Part shown: piece by piece, positions 1 through 9,178 of the stretch
Position numbering within the stretch: position 1 is the first letter of the stretch
How the letters are laid out: each line of letters starts with the position of its first letter
Source of the DNA: Candidatus Electronema aureum
GTDB lineage: Bacteria > Desulfobacterota > Desulfobulbia > Desulfobulbales > Desulfobulbaceae
Assembly: GCA_004284765.1 (NCBI GenBank)
Contig: NQJD01000015.1
Coordinates: 25,167 to 57,166, forward strand
Length of the DNA stretch: 32,000 nt
Reading direction: 5' to 3'
Program-made: the position numbers and the translations under genes
Notes under the pieces: generated by a model
Database searches by the model: none
Told to the model about the DNA's origin: nothing
What the model saw: the letters and a program-made list of their open reading frames with translations, nothing else

Positions 1-7
1 CCTTGTC

Positions 8-769
8 ATGAAGATCACAACCAATACTTGCCCGGAAAAGGCCGCGCTGCTGATAGAATCCTTTTTCCCGATAGCCTGCGCTTGGGGCCGCCTACGGGTA
101 GAAAAACAAAAGCGCATTGCTTTAGTTGATCTCGACCAGCTGCGCGAGGACGACGTAGTATTGCTGCTTTCTGAAGCAGAAAGGATATATTTTCAGCGTT
201 TCCACCACCCCAAACGGCGGCGGGAATGGCTATGCGGTAGGATTGCGGCTAAGATGGCCTTGCTGGATATGTACGAAGCAGAGGAGTTCCGGCGATTGAC
301 TCTTCTCCCGGATGAACACGGTAGGCCCGTGGTGAGCGGCTTGACGAAGAACAATCTATCACTTTCCATCACTCACAGCGGTAAATACGCTGCCGCATTG
401 GCTGTGCCGAGAGAAAGCTGCGGCATTGATCTGCAAAAAATATCCGATAAACTGCCTTCGTTGATTAATTATTTTGCTTCAGAGACTGAACTGAAGCTGC
501 TGAAGAATCAATCTGATCTCGGTAATCAGGAAACAGCGTTAACCATGCTCTGGGCGGTCAAGGAGGCAGTGAAAAAGAGCGTGTTTGCAGATCAACCGGG
601 GATTTTCTCCGGGATTGAGGCGCAGCGGATATCTGCTGCTGGAGATCATACTTGGCGATTTGAATGCGGCACGCACGGCTGTGCGATACAGATAGTGGCC
701 GTGCATGATTTTGCCCCGTATATTTTAGCATTGACCGAAAAAGATGGTCAGAATACGTTGCTTGCTTGA
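8..769 (+). CDS. 4'-phosphopantetheinyl transferase, Sfp-type
   Basis: 253-aa ORF. Blocks 'SLSITHSGKYAAALAV', 'CGIDLQ' and 'WAVKEAVKKS' match the conserved PPTase superfamily signatures (G-x-D and W-x-x-KEA-x-x-K). The size is typical of Sfp-type enzymes. Confidence 0.8.
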   Translation: MKITTNTCPEKAALLIESFFPIACAWGRLRVEKQKRIALVDLDQLREDDVVLLLSEAERIYFQRFHHPKRRREWLCGRIAAKMALLDMYEAEEFRRLTLLPDEHGRPVVSGLTKNNLSLSITHSGKYAAALAVPRESCGIDLQKISDKLPSLINYFASETELKLLKNQSDLGNQETALTMLWAVKEAVKKSVFADQPGIFSGIEAQRISAAGDHTWRFECGTHGCAIQIVAVHDFAPYILALTEKDGQNTLLA

Positions 770-1012
770 TGATTCAAAACTTACAGATCAAGCTGGTCGA
801 ACAGATTTTTAGTCGGTCTGATATTGCGTTATCTTTTGTTTTCAGGCTTTTTCTATTCAGCCTGCGCTTTTAGCTTGCGGAATCTGGGTAGAGTCTATAT
901 AACTATGAAATACAAATTTTTAAATTTCTCACCGCAGCATCTTTTTCAGGTCAGACATTGCCCAGCGAAAGAGTTCTGCGCTGAGGCGATATCAACAAAA
1001 GAAGGAAGGAGG

Positions 1013-1972
1013 ATGAACACAATGAAACTCAAGGTGTTGTTCCAAGCTGCGGTTTTGCTGGCTCTATCGGTTTGTGCTGCTCAAGCGGTCACTGTGACCA
1101 ACGTGCGCCGTAACCCGTTTTATCAGCCGCCACTGACTTCGGTATCTGATCTCAGATACATGATGCAGGCTACCCAAGAAGACATTAGAGACGGCCTGTA
1201 TCAAGCAGGCTATCCTGAGCTGTATCAGCCACTAATGGAGCAGTATCCCCAAGCTCCGGTGAGCAGGGTCGATTACCTGTCAGGCCAGAATTTTGTCTGG
1301 ATGCTGTCCAAAGAAGGCGGTTACGGCTCAGTGCGAGTCGTCAGCGACATGGTCTGGGGCGGAAAGTCTTTGGCTGCGTATGAGTTTTCCATCTACAGCA
1401 ACGGCGCGCAGTACGTCTTTTCTGTGCCGTTAGCCTGTGGCAATTTGGCTCTGAAAGAAGTCATCACCACTGGAGGTGGCGTAGTCGGAACAGGTCAGGT
1501 TGGTTGCCTGTCTTGCTACGGCTTCCGCTTTGTTGCCGATGTCGGCTATCTGCATCAGTCTGACCCAGCAGATTACCTTATGCTGCGGGCAGGTGTTGAG
1601 CATTCTTTGAGCAATCGACTTTCCTTTTTAGCGATGGTCGGTGGTGCGCCGCATCTGTCCGGCACTGACGGCGACGATGCAATACTGGTGGATTTCCTCC
1701 TTCAGTATGACTGGTTCCGCTTCATGTTCGGCAACCAGTGGTCACAGGCTTTTGTTGGAGTTGGTCTGGGTGGCTGGATTACTTCTGGCGACGACAACCT
1801 TGAGGCAGAAGACACTGACGTGGATGTGATTGCCAACATTGGTGCTCGTATCTACGGTCAGCCGGAAACCTTCAACGCCTCACTGTTCTTCGAAGCTCGC
1901 TCTGCTGTTGACGAGTTTGACACCCTCGGCGAGTACGGACGTTTCGGAGCTGGGCTGCGCTGCCGCTTCTAA
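1013..1972 (+). CDS. secreted protein, probable outer-membrane beta-barrel
   Basis: The internal ATG at 1013 follows 'gaaggaaggagg'. 'MNTMKLKVLFQAAVLLALSVCAAQA|V' is a classic signal peptide. The C-terminal half is Gly/aromatic-rich and ends in '...GLRCRF' (terminal Phe, OMP-like). The upstream ORF extension 824-1012 lacks these features. Confidence 0.6.
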   Translation: MNTMKLKVLFQAAVLLALSVCAAQAVTVTNVRRNPFYQPPLTSVSDLRYMMQATQEDIRDGLYQAGYPELYQPLMEQYPQAPVSRVDYLSGQNFVWMLSKEGGYGSVRVVSDMVWGGKSLAAYEFSIYSNGAQYVFSVPLACGNLALKEVITTGGGVVGTGQVGCLSCYGFRFVADVGYLHQSDPADYLMLRAGVEHSLSNRLSFLAMVGGAPHLSGTDGDDAILVDFLLQYDWFRFMFGNQWSQAFVGVGLGGWITSGDDNLEAEDTDVDVIANIGARIYGQPETFNASLFFEARSAVDEFDTLGEYGRFGAGLRCRF

Positions 1973-2000
1973 GCAGCTGAGTCTCCTGCGGCCTGAACAA

Positions 2001-2046
2001 GGCGGAAAGTTCAGTCAGTTGACTGGGTTTTCCGCCTTTCTTATTT
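2001..2046 (+). terminator. Rho-independent terminator after the secreted-protein gene
   Basis: GGCGGAAA (2001-2008) pairs perfectly with TTTCCGCC (2029-2036). An inner CAGTCA/TGACTG stem sits in the loop. The T-rich tract 'tttcttattt' follows, about 30 nt after the stop at 1972. Confidence 0.7.
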
Positions 2047-2054
2047 GACCACAA

Positions 2055-2083
2055 TTGACCGCTGCTGCTTTCATCGTTATGAT
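2055..2083 (+). promoter_or_regulatory. candidate sigma70 promoter (TTGACC-17 nt-TATGAT)
   Basis: -35 TTGACC at 2055-2060 (a second TTGACC lies at 2045-2050), a 17-nt spacer, then -10 TATGAT at 2078-2083. It sits directly after the terminator and upstream of the ATG at 2130. Confidence 0.4.
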
Positions 2084-2129
2084 AGCGACATTGGCTTGTT
2101 TGCCGTCCCTTCCCGAACACTTGCAAAAA

Positions 2130-3692
2130 ATGTCCGCACAACGCTGGAACACCGCTGAACTGCTTGATCTTGAATTTTTCCTGCATCAGGACGAGGGCGA
2201 AGATATGGAACGGTTGGCCACCCGCGACCGGGCAATCTGTCTTACTCTGCCTGCGGCGGTCAGCGAGCAACCGGACGTACTGCTCCGCAGCTGGTTAGCC
2301 AGCCGGAGAGCGGCGGAAACTACGGCTCTGCCCGGTGCGCTCTGGCAGGAGTTGTTTGTCCTCTTTTTCGGCGCAGCGGCACTGGCCGGACTGAGCAGCG
2401 GAGCGGGCTTGGCCTTTTCCTTACTTGCTTATTCTGGTGCCCAGCCGGTTAATGTGGCGGCATATTTTGCTATTTTTGTTCTGCTCCAGCTATCCCTGAT
2501 TCTGCTGCTAACTGCCTCCATCTTCTGTAGTAATTTGAAAGGAATCAGTATCCTCGAATCTTCTCTGCTCTATCGGCTGACCGGGCGGCTTTTTTTCTGG
2601 CTGCTGGAAAGATGCACAACCGCCGGTCGGCGCGCTACTTCGCGTATTTCTGCGGAAACCCGGATGAACTGGGCAGCCCACGCGAATAGTTTCAAAAGCC
2701 TACGGCAGCGGCATGGCCTGCTCTTTCTTCGGCCCTTTTTTCTCCTTGCCCAACTCTTCGGTATTAGCTTCAACATCGGGGTGCTGGCCGCAACTCTCCT
2801 CAAGGTAATCGGCTCTGATTTGGCTTTTGGCTGGCAAACCACGCTCCAGATTGATGCCGCCGCTGTTCATGCCTTGGTCGCCGCAATCAGCCTCCCTTGG
2901 TCTTGGCTGCCGAATTGCATTCCTTCTTTAGCGCAAATCGAAGGCTCGCGGCTGATTCTCAAAAATGGCATCTATCATTTGGCAAATCAGAATCTTACCT
3001 CTTGGTGGCCCTTCCTCTGCCTCTCGGTTCTGAGTTACGGCCTGCTGCCCCGGCTGGCTTTATTTTTCGTTGGAATTCTCCGCCAGCGCAAGGAATTAGC
3101 GCAATTCGATATGCAACAAGGCCGCTTCCGTCAGATTCTTCACCGGATGCGTACCCCGTTAGTTTCCACTGCCGCCCGGACTGAGGAGCGGCGATCTTTA
3201 TCTGAAGAAAAAAAATCGACTACAGTCAAGCCGCCGAATGATGAACAGCTCGTCTCTGCTGACCGCAAACTGCCGCCGGTCATCGCCCTGATTCCTGACG
3301 AGCTGGCGACCGTTCTGCCCTTCGCCGCTGTGGCGGAACAGCTCCGTTGCCGAGCCGGGCAGCAGCTTCTGCAGATTGTGCCGTTCTGGACACTCGACCG
3401 CAGCGAAGAAGAGGAATTAGTCGCGCTCAAGACGGCAATGATAGCGCAGGACTGCGCTGACGTGGTGATTATCCACGAGGCGTGGCAGCCACCAGTGCAG
3501 GAGCTGCTGACTTGGCTTGGTCTGCTGCGCCGCACCATTGGCCCGCAGGCGATGATCAGTATCGCCTTGATCGGCAGACCGGCAGCGGACAGCCTGATCA
3601 CCCCAGCGCAGTCGGAGCATCTGCGCATCTGGCGGCAGAAAATCGCGACAATTAGCGACTCCGGTCTGCATGTCATCGAATTGGTGAAATGA
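2130..3692 (+). CDS. DUF2868-like polytopic membrane protein, partner of the downstream GTPase
   Basis: Long ORF (track 2055-3692) with several hydrophobic segments. Its TGA overlaps the downstream ATG (ATGA at 3689-3692). Architecture and pairing recall the DUF2868/DUF3482 gene pairs. The start is ambiguous (TTG 2055, ATG 2079 or ATG 2130); 2130 was chosen because the promoter-like element covers 2055-2083. Confidence 0.55.
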   Translation: MSAQRWNTAELLDLEFFLHQDEGEDMERLATRDRAICLTLPAAVSEQPDVLLRSWLASRRAAETTALPGALWQELFVLFFGAAALAGLSSGAGLAFSLLAYSGAQPVNVAAYFAIFVLLQLSLILLLTASIFCSNLKGISILESSLLYRLTGRLFFWLLERCTTAGRRATSRISAETRMNWAAHANSFKSLRQRHGLLFLRPFFLLAQLFGISFNIGVLAATLLKVIGSDLAFGWQTTLQIDAAAVHALVAAISLPWSWLPNCIPSLAQIEGSRLILKNGIYHLANQNLTSWWPFLCLSVLSYGLLPRLALFFVGILRQRKELAQFDMQQGRFRQILHRMRTPLVSTAARTEERRSLSEEKKSTTVKPPNDEQLVSADRKLPPVIALIPDELATVLPFAAVAEQLRCRAGQQLLQIVPFWTLDRSEEEELVALKTAMIAQDCADVVIIHEAWQPPVQELLTWLGLLRRTIGPQAMISIALIGRPAADSLITPAQSEHLRIWRQKIATISDSGLHVIELVK

Positions 3693-5110
3693 TGCCGAAT
3701 AACGTTCCTGTACCCGAATTCGCCATTGTCGGCCATCCTAACGAAGGCAAATCTTCAGTGGTTTCAACCCTGAGCGAGGATGACTCGGTGCGGGTCAGTC
3801 CGGTGCCCGGTGAAACCACGGAATGCCGCATTTTTCCAGTGTTGATTGACGGACGCGAGGTCATTCGTTTCATCGACACGCCGGGCTTTCAGAACCCTCG
3901 CAAAACTCTGGCGTGGATGCGGGCGTATCAAGGCGATGACCGCGAAATGCTGGCTGAATTCATCCGCATTCACAGTAAAGACCCAGCCATGCACGACGAC
4001 TGCGCTTTGCTTGCACCGTTATCCTCTGGCGCAGGGATTATTTTTGTTGTCGATGGTTCTCGCCCGCTCCGCAATATGGACCGAGCCGAAATGGAAATTC
4101 TGCGTCTCACCGGCAGGCCCCGCATGGCGATCATCAACTGCAAGGACGAGAACAGCAGCTTTCTTGCTGATTGGCAAAATGAATTCAGAAAGCATTTCAA
4201 TTCAATCCGTTTGTTCAATTCCAACCGAGCCACCTACAGTCAGCGTATCGCTCTGCTCAACAGCCTCAAGGCCATTGATCAGGATTTGGAAGGGGTGATT
4301 GAAACTGTCATTCAGGCGTTCAGTGCGGACTGGGAAAACCGCCGCCGCCAGAGCGCGACCTTGATCACCGCCATGCTCGCCGAGAGCCTGCGCTACCGGG
4401 CCAGCGCGGACTGTCCGCCCGGCAAAGATGAAACGCAGCTCAAAGCGCAGCTGCACCGCGAATACACACAGTTTGTCACCAAATTAGAACGCACGGCGCA
4501 CCAGCAAATCCGCAGGCTGTTCAAGCACAACCTTTTCAAGGTGCAACTGCCGGAGCAGTCGATTTTACAGGAAGATTTGTTTGCCGCCAAAACGTGGCAG
4601 TTTCTTGGTCTGCGTGATGAGGATTTGATCTGGGCGGCGGCGATGAGCGGGGCGGCAGTGGGCGTGGGGCTGGATGTTATGACCGCAGGAATTTCCTTTG
4701 GTGTGTTTGCGGCCATCGGTGGAGTGATCGGCGCAGCGGGCGCGGCTTTCAAAGGCAAGGAGCTGCTTTCCGGCAGCAGGCTTTTGGGCATGAAATTGGA
4801 CAAGCAGCAGCTACAGGTCGGGCCGGTGACGAATATCCAGCTTCTCTACATCCTGCTCGACCGCGCCCTGCTTTACTGCCGCCAGATCATCAGTCGGGCG
4901 CATGGCCGCCGCGACAGCACCTCCGCATTGCTGGTCGATGAAGGCGAGAAGCAGGGCTATGCCTCCAGCTGGACAACTGAGGAACGAAAAATTTGCGACC
5001 GTTTTTTCAGAGCATTGCAGAAAGAGGATGCTCCTGCCCAAGAATTGGTTGAAAAGGAGCTAACTGAGTTAATTCGGGAAAAACTGCGGAAGATAGCGGA
5101 ACATGCTTGA
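3689..5110 (+). CDS. GTPase with C-terminal membrane-associated domain (DUF3482-like)
   Basis: G1 'GHPNEGKSS', G2-like 'PGETT', G3 'DTPGF' and G4-like 'NCKD'. The C-terminal region holds a Gly/Ala-rich hydrophobic stretch, 'AAAMSGAAVGVGLDVMTAGISFGVFAAIGGVIGAAGAAF'. Confidence 0.75.
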   Translation: MMPNNVPVPEFAIVGHPNEGKSSVVSTLSEDDSVRVSPVPGETTECRIFPVLIDGREVIRFIDTPGFQNPRKTLAWMRAYQGDDREMLAEFIRIHSKDPAMHDDCALLAPLSSGAGIIFVVDGSRPLRNMDRAEMEILRLTGRPRMAIINCKDENSSFLADWQNEFRKHFNSIRLFNSNRATYSQRIALLNSLKAIDQDLEGVIETVIQAFSADWENRRRQSATLITAMLAESLRYRASADCPPGKDETQLKAQLHREYTQFVTKLERTAHQQIRRLFKHNLFKVQLPEQSILQEDLFAAKTWQFLGLRDEDLIWAAAMSGAAVGVGLDVMTAGISFGVFAAIGGVIGAAGAAFKGKELLSGSRLLGMKLDKQQLQVGPVTNIQLLYILLDRALLYCRQIISRAHGRRDSTSALLVDEGEKQGYASSWTTEERKICDRFFRALQKEDAPAQELVEKELTELIREKLRKIAEHA

Positions 5111-5120
5111 GATACACAAA

Positions 5121-5621
5121 TTACCTTGCCGGAAACTCGTGAATTGCTCCCCGCAGTTCCTTGCCGATTTCCAGCGTGGCATAGGTGCAGAGATTTCCGT
5201 ATCTACAGTTCATTTGAAAAGAGCCTGGGTTGATGATCAATTTTCCCTCGGCCCGATGACAGACCGCTTTGTGCGTGTGGCCGTAGATCAGGCAAGCGGC
5301 TTGGGAAAAATGGGCGAGTAGCCCGGATTCTATCTCCTTGCCCTGCCTACCAAACTGGTTGCCGTGGGTTAGGCCGAAAGCAAAACCACCCAACTCAAAC
5401 TCCAGCTGTTGGGGCAGAGCAGCTTGGGTGGACAGGTTGCAGCAGTTACCATGCACGGCGTACACAGTCTTATCGCGGAAGACATCCAGTGTGAAAACAT
5501 CAACGACATCGCCTGCATGAATGACGACGTGGCAGTCGGCAAAGCAGCGGCGGACAGCATCGAGGAAATCCACGCTGACGCGGGTCAGGTGAGTATCGGA
5601 AAGAATGCCTGCCTTGATCAT
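5121..5621 (-). CDS. metallophosphoesterase, YfcE/MJ0936 family
   Basis: 'GILSDTHL', 'HAGDV', 'VHGNCC' and 'YGHTH' are the calcineurin-like phosphoesterase metal-binding motifs at the expected spacing. ATG 5621 is preferred over GTG 5630. Confidence 0.8.
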   Translation of the reverse strand: MIKAGILSDTHLTRVSVDFLDAVRRCFADCHVVIHAGDVVDVFTLDVFRDKTVYAVHGNCCNLSTQAALPQQLEFELGGFAFGLTHGNQFGRQGKEIESGLLAHFSQAACLIYGHTHKAVCHRAEGKLIINPGSFQMNCRYGNLCTYATLEIGKELRGAIHEFPAR

Positions 5622-5740
5622 GAGGTCCACGCGGTTGGATGTTCAGGTAAAAAATATGCGGGCTGATTTCCCCGGATGACTGCTGATACTCAGCACTTTA
5701 AAAGAGTTTCCCGTGCTTGACAAGAAAAGACAGGGAAAGG

Positions 5741-5769
5741 TTGCAAAAAACAGAGGCATCTCGTAACAT
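5741..5769 (+). promoter_or_regulatory. weak candidate sigma70 promoter upstream of efp (TTGCAA-17-TAACAT)
   Basis: Hexamers at 5741-5746 and 5764-5769 with a 17-nt spacer. This is a pattern match only. Confidence 0.25.
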
Positions 5770-5836
5770 GCGGCCTTATATGTACTACTCGCAGCACCTT
5801 ATCATTTAACCAACACTTTTCACAGAGGATACACCA

Positions 5837-6403
5837 ATGTACACAGCAGCAGACCTCCGCAAAGGACTGAAAGTTCAGGTTGACGGCGAGCCGTATATTG
5901 TGACCGATTTTGAGTTTTCCAAGCCAGGCAAAGGCCAAGCTCTCTACCGCACCAAGATGCGAAGTATGATCTCTGGCAACCAGTTGGTCAATACCTACCG
6001 CTCCAACGATAAGTTTGAGAAGCCGGACTTGGACGAGCGAAACATGCAGTTCCTCTATGCTCAAGGCGAGGAATTCCACTTTATGGACACCGCCTCTTTT
6101 GAGCAGATATTTCTGACCCGCGAACAATTAGGCGATAACGTTCATTTTCTCAAAGAAGGCATGGAAGTGCAGGTGCTCTTCTTTGGTGGTAGTCGGCCCA
6201 TTGACGTGTCTATACCCAACTTCGTCAACCTGAAGGTAACGCAGGCTGATCCTTGGGCCAAAGGCGACACCGCAGGTACTGACACCAAGCCGATCACAGT
6301 GGAAACCGGTTATCAGCTTCAAGTACCGCCTTTTGTTGTCGAAGGTGACTTGATCCAGATCGACACCCGTTCAGGAGCGTATCTTACTCGAGTGAAAGAA
6401 TAA
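5837..6403 (+). CDS. efp: translation elongation factor P
   Basis: 188 aa. 'MYTAADLRKGLKVQVDGEPYIVTDFEFSKPGKGQALYRTKMRSM' is a near-canonical EF-P N-terminus, including the KPGKG loop lysine. SD 'gagga' lies 8 nt upstream. Confidence 0.95.
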   Translation: MYTAADLRKGLKVQVDGEPYIVTDFEFSKPGKGQALYRTKMRSMISGNQLVNTYRSNDKFEKPDLDERNMQFLYAQGEEFHFMDTASFEQIFLTREQLGDNVHFLKEGMEVQVLFFGGSRPIDVSIPNFVNLKVTQADPWAKGDTAGTDTKPITVETGYQLQVPPFVVEGDLIQIDTRSGAYLTRVKE

Positions 6404-6421
6404 ACCAACACGGAGGACAAC

Positions 6422-6979
6422 ATGGCAAAGCCCCGCATTCTGCTCAATCTGTTTCATCCTAACATTGAGCATTCCAGAGGCAACCGGATGCTGATCGAAA
6501 AAGTCAGGCAAATCTCCAACCTCACGTGCCGCAATCTGTATCAGGAGTATCCTGATTTCAAGATTGACGTGAAAAAGGAGCAACAGCTGCTGTTGGATCA
6601 TGATCTAATCGTTTTTCAGCATCCCATCCGCTGGTACAGCGGCCCGGCTTTGCTCAAAGAATGGCAGGATCAGGTGCTGCAATACGGCTTTGCCTATCCT
6701 CCAGGTGTGGGCAACCAACTCAAGGGCAAGTTTTGGCTCTCCGCAGTCACTACCGGCGGGCCGCAGGATGCTTACCGCTCCGGTGAGCGCAACAACTACA
6801 CCATGAGCGAATTGCTGCGCCCGTTTCAGCAAACTGCTCAACTCTGCGGCCTGACGTGGCTGCCGCTTTTTGTCATCCACAGCGTTTTGCCTGTGAGCAT
6901 GAACGGCATCAGCGACGAAGAAATAAGCAAGCGGGCGGAAGAGTATTTCACTCTATTGGACGGCTTCACCATTGGCTAA
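6422..6979 (+). CDS. KefF/KefG-family NAD(P)H quinone oxidoreductase-like flavodoxin-fold protein
   Basis: It aligns by eye along its length with E. coli KefG/KefF ('YPDFKIDVKKEQQLL..HDLIVFQHP..WYS.PALLKEW.D.VL..GFAY', 'TTGG', 'LRPF'). No Kef antiporter gene lies next to it. Confidence 0.75.
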   Translation: MAKPRILLNLFHPNIEHSRGNRMLIEKVRQISNLTCRNLYQEYPDFKIDVKKEQQLLLDHDLIVFQHPIRWYSGPALLKEWQDQVLQYGFAYPPGVGNQLKGKFWLSAVTTGGPQDAYRSGERNNYTMSELLRPFQQTAQLCGLTWLPLFVIHSVLPVSMNGISDEEISKRAEEYFTLLDGFTIG

Positions 6980-7536
6980 TGCAGCAAACTGGGCATCATT
7001 TTGTTTATGGCACTCTGAAGGATTATCTCAGTGGCGAGGAACTGCCGGACACCGACGATGAGCGGTTCCGGCAGTCTTTGGCACGGCTGATAGTCGAGGA
7101 AAAGGGCTTTACCAAAGAGGAGCTGGAGCCGCGTCTTGCTCTTGAGACCTGCTTCAATAGCATCTTTGTCCGCTCGGTGATCGACCTGACTGTCTCGCTC
7201 GGCGGCCAGCGGGTGATGATTCTTCGTTACGGGCCGGGTTCTCTTGTCACCCGCGAAAAACCAGCCGTAGCTGCGGCGCGGTTGTTGGACGCTAGCGGCT
7301 GCATTCCGCTGGCAATTGTCACCAACGGACAAGATGCCGAGCTGCTGGAAACAACGGCAGGCAAAGTGCTGGCAATCGGCATGACGGCTCTTCCTGACAG
7401 GGTGCGATTAAAGGCGTTGGTCAGAGAATATCCACCTCGTCCACCTCTCAGCGGGGCAGAAAGGGAACGGAACCTGCGGGTGCTGAATGCCTTTGATCTG
7501 GAGGTGTGCTGCCGGAAGGAGCAGTGCAGGGTATGA
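6979..7536 (+). CDS. HsdR N-terminal-domain-like (PD-(D/E)xK-like) small protein
   Basis: The ATG at 6979 overlaps the upstream stop (TAATG). The pattern 'ERFRQSLARLIVEEKGF...VIDLTV...VMILRYG...AIVTNG' resembles stand-alone type I restriction HsdR N-terminal domain proteins. The assignment is from memory. Confidence 0.45.
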   Translation: MQQTGHHFVYGTLKDYLSGEELPDTDDERFRQSLARLIVEEKGFTKEELEPRLALETCFNSIFVRSVIDLTVSLGGQRVMILRYGPGSLVTREKPAVAAARLLDASGCIPLAIVTNGQDAELLETTAGKVLAIGMTALPDRVRLKALVREYPPRPPLSGAERERNLRVLNAFDLEVCCRKEQCRV

Positions 7537-7749
7537 CATTAGACCTCTTGCATGAGTTATTCGCCCGTACTTTTTTGCTCCATGTTATAACTGGCTGTTA
7601 TCATGCTCAAGTCTATGTCGAATCTTTTTTTTGTTTGATACTGCTCACGTAAAATACGAAATATTTTGAGTTGACGAACAACCTGAAGAAAAAGGACAAT
7701 TTTTCAAATTGCCAAAGCCGTGATTCAAGACTGACCTGTAAAGATTTTC

Positions 7750-7778
7750 TTGTCCTGCGGCGGGCGGTCTGCTATACC
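7750..7778 (+). promoter_or_regulatory. weak candidate sigma70 promoter upstream of the TPR gene (TTGTCC-17-TATACC)
   Basis: Hexamers at 7750-7755 and 7773-7778 with a 17-nt spacer, inside a 330-bp AT-rich intergenic region. Confidence 0.25.
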
Positions 7779-7865
7779 AAGGACGCAGGATTGCGCTTCT
7801 GTATCGCGCCGCCTGGAGCAGTCCCTGAATTATGTTTTCCCTGACGCTGAGGAGGAATCAAGTCT

Positions 7866-9104
7866 GTGTCCAATATAGCCCTATCGCCTGAATCTTACGG
7901 GCAACGCCTGATTGCCCAGAAAAAAAAGTTGCTGCCTGCCCTGACAGCAGCCATCGAAACTCGCGATGACAGCAGACGCGAAAAGCTCCAAATGGCCGTG
8001 ACTGCCATCACCGAGGCTTTGACCTTTTTTAAGCAGAGCTACCGGAACGAGATTGCCTGCCGCAAAAGTGCCTTGACCGCGCTGACAAAAATGCAAAACA
8101 TGCTGGACAAGGCCGATTACGATCTGGCTTCTGTTGGTCTTCAAGCCAATGCCAGCACGGCAGAGGCGGAACAGGTTTTCGACAAGTTAGTCGGCAAAGG
8201 CGGAAAAATTGGTGCTTTTGCTGCCTTTCACAGCGGGCGGTTGTCGGAATGCCGGATGGATTTCAGCCGGGCTGCTGTCCGTTTTGACAAGGCAATTGAG
8301 TTAGATAAAAGCAACATTCATTATCTGAAGGCAGCGGGATTGCTGGCGCGGAAAATGTACCAGCACAAAAAGGCATTGGCCTGTTTCTCCGCGATTGAAA
8401 AGCTGTTAGTGCAGAAAGGCGAGGAATCGGCAGAGCTGGCTTTAGCTTGGCGAGAAATCGCCTGGACCGCGCTGCTGTCTGGTCAGCCCGGTCCAGCAGG
8501 GGAATATTGCAAAAAAGCTATGAACGGCATCGCGAAACAGCTGGGTAAAGAACACGCGGAAATGGGAACCTGCTGGTTTTTGCTTGGCCAACTTCAGGAA
8601 AGCCAAGGCCAGTACGAGAAAGCAGAAGGGCCGTACAAACAGGCCTTGGCGATTATGGAAAAGAGCGACAACGACTTGGTACTGGCCGGAATCCTTGATA
8701 AGCTGGCTCGCCTGCACATGGAACTGGAGGCGGAATTCGAGGCCATTCCCTTGCTGGAGCGACTGCTGAAAATCAAGACGAAGTCGCCTCAGCCTGACTT
8801 AGCCAGCTTGATCATTATCTATAATCATTTAGCCGAGGCCAGCCGCATCTGCGGTAACTACGACCGCTCTGAGGAATTTTACAAGCAAGCTCTGATTGTG
8901 ACCCAGAAGCTGCGCGGCAAAGATCATCCAGCTGTCGGCAGTATCTATCAAGAGTTGGCCAAACTCTGCGACCGACAGCGGAAAAAGGATGAGGCAAAGC
9001 AGTATGCTGAGATGGCCTCAGCCTTGTTCAAGCGTGTTCTGGAGGCACAAGAAGCGCAAGAGGCGGCAGCCGGGGGGCAAACCGAGGCGCGACTGACGCT
9101 GTAA
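7866..9104 (+). CDS. tetratricopeptide (TPR) repeat protein
   Basis: GTG start preceded by 'gaggagga'. It has repeated 34-42-aa helical units with the A/Y/L pattern, e.g. 'AEGPYKQALAIMEK', 'SEEFYKQALIVTQKLRGKDHPAVGSIYQELAKL' (kinesin-light-chain-like TPR). Confidence 0.75.
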   Translation: MSNIALSPESYGQRLIAQKKKLLPALTAAIETRDDSRREKLQMAVTAITEALTFFKQSYRNEIACRKSALTALTKMQNMLDKADYDLASVGLQANASTAEAEQVFDKLVGKGGKIGAFAAFHSGRLSECRMDFSRAAVRFDKAIELDKSNIHYLKAAGLLARKMYQHKKALACFSAIEKLLVQKGEESAELALAWREIAWTALLSGQPGPAGEYCKKAMNGIAKQLGKEHAEMGTCWFLLGQLQESQGQYEKAEGPYKQALAIMEKSDNDLVLAGILDKLARLHMELEAEFEAIPLLERLLKIKTKSPQPDLASLIIIYNHLAEASRICGNYDRSEEFYKQALIVTQKLRGKDHPAVGSIYQELAKLCDRQRKKDEAKQYAEMASALFKRVLEAQEAQEAAAGGQTEARLTL

Positions 9105-9178
9105 ACGTTACTGTTGCAAGGACGTATGTCTAAGAACAGTGCGTCATTTTAACAATTTAAATTTTCTCTTATTCTGCC

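Noticed and set aside
824-1012. An N-terminal extension of the secreted-protein ORF.
   Set aside because: The extension has no SD and would bury the signal peptide. ATG 1013 has a strong 'gaaggaaggagg' SD and a canonical signal peptide.
3140-3736. A long antisense ORF (198 aa). Similar ORFs lie at 2570-2842, 4393-4803, 12020-12454, 16932-17606, 17603-18193, 20300-20743, 21208-21591 and 26992-27483.
   Set aside because: All lie fully inside, and opposite or out of frame to, longer ORFs with clear family motifs. Their translations are Arg/Ser/Ala-rich low-complexity sequence, typical of shadow frames in GC-rich coding DNA.
5690-6127. A 145-aa minus-strand ORF overlapping efp.
   Set aside because: It is antisense to an unambiguous efp gene and has no motif support.
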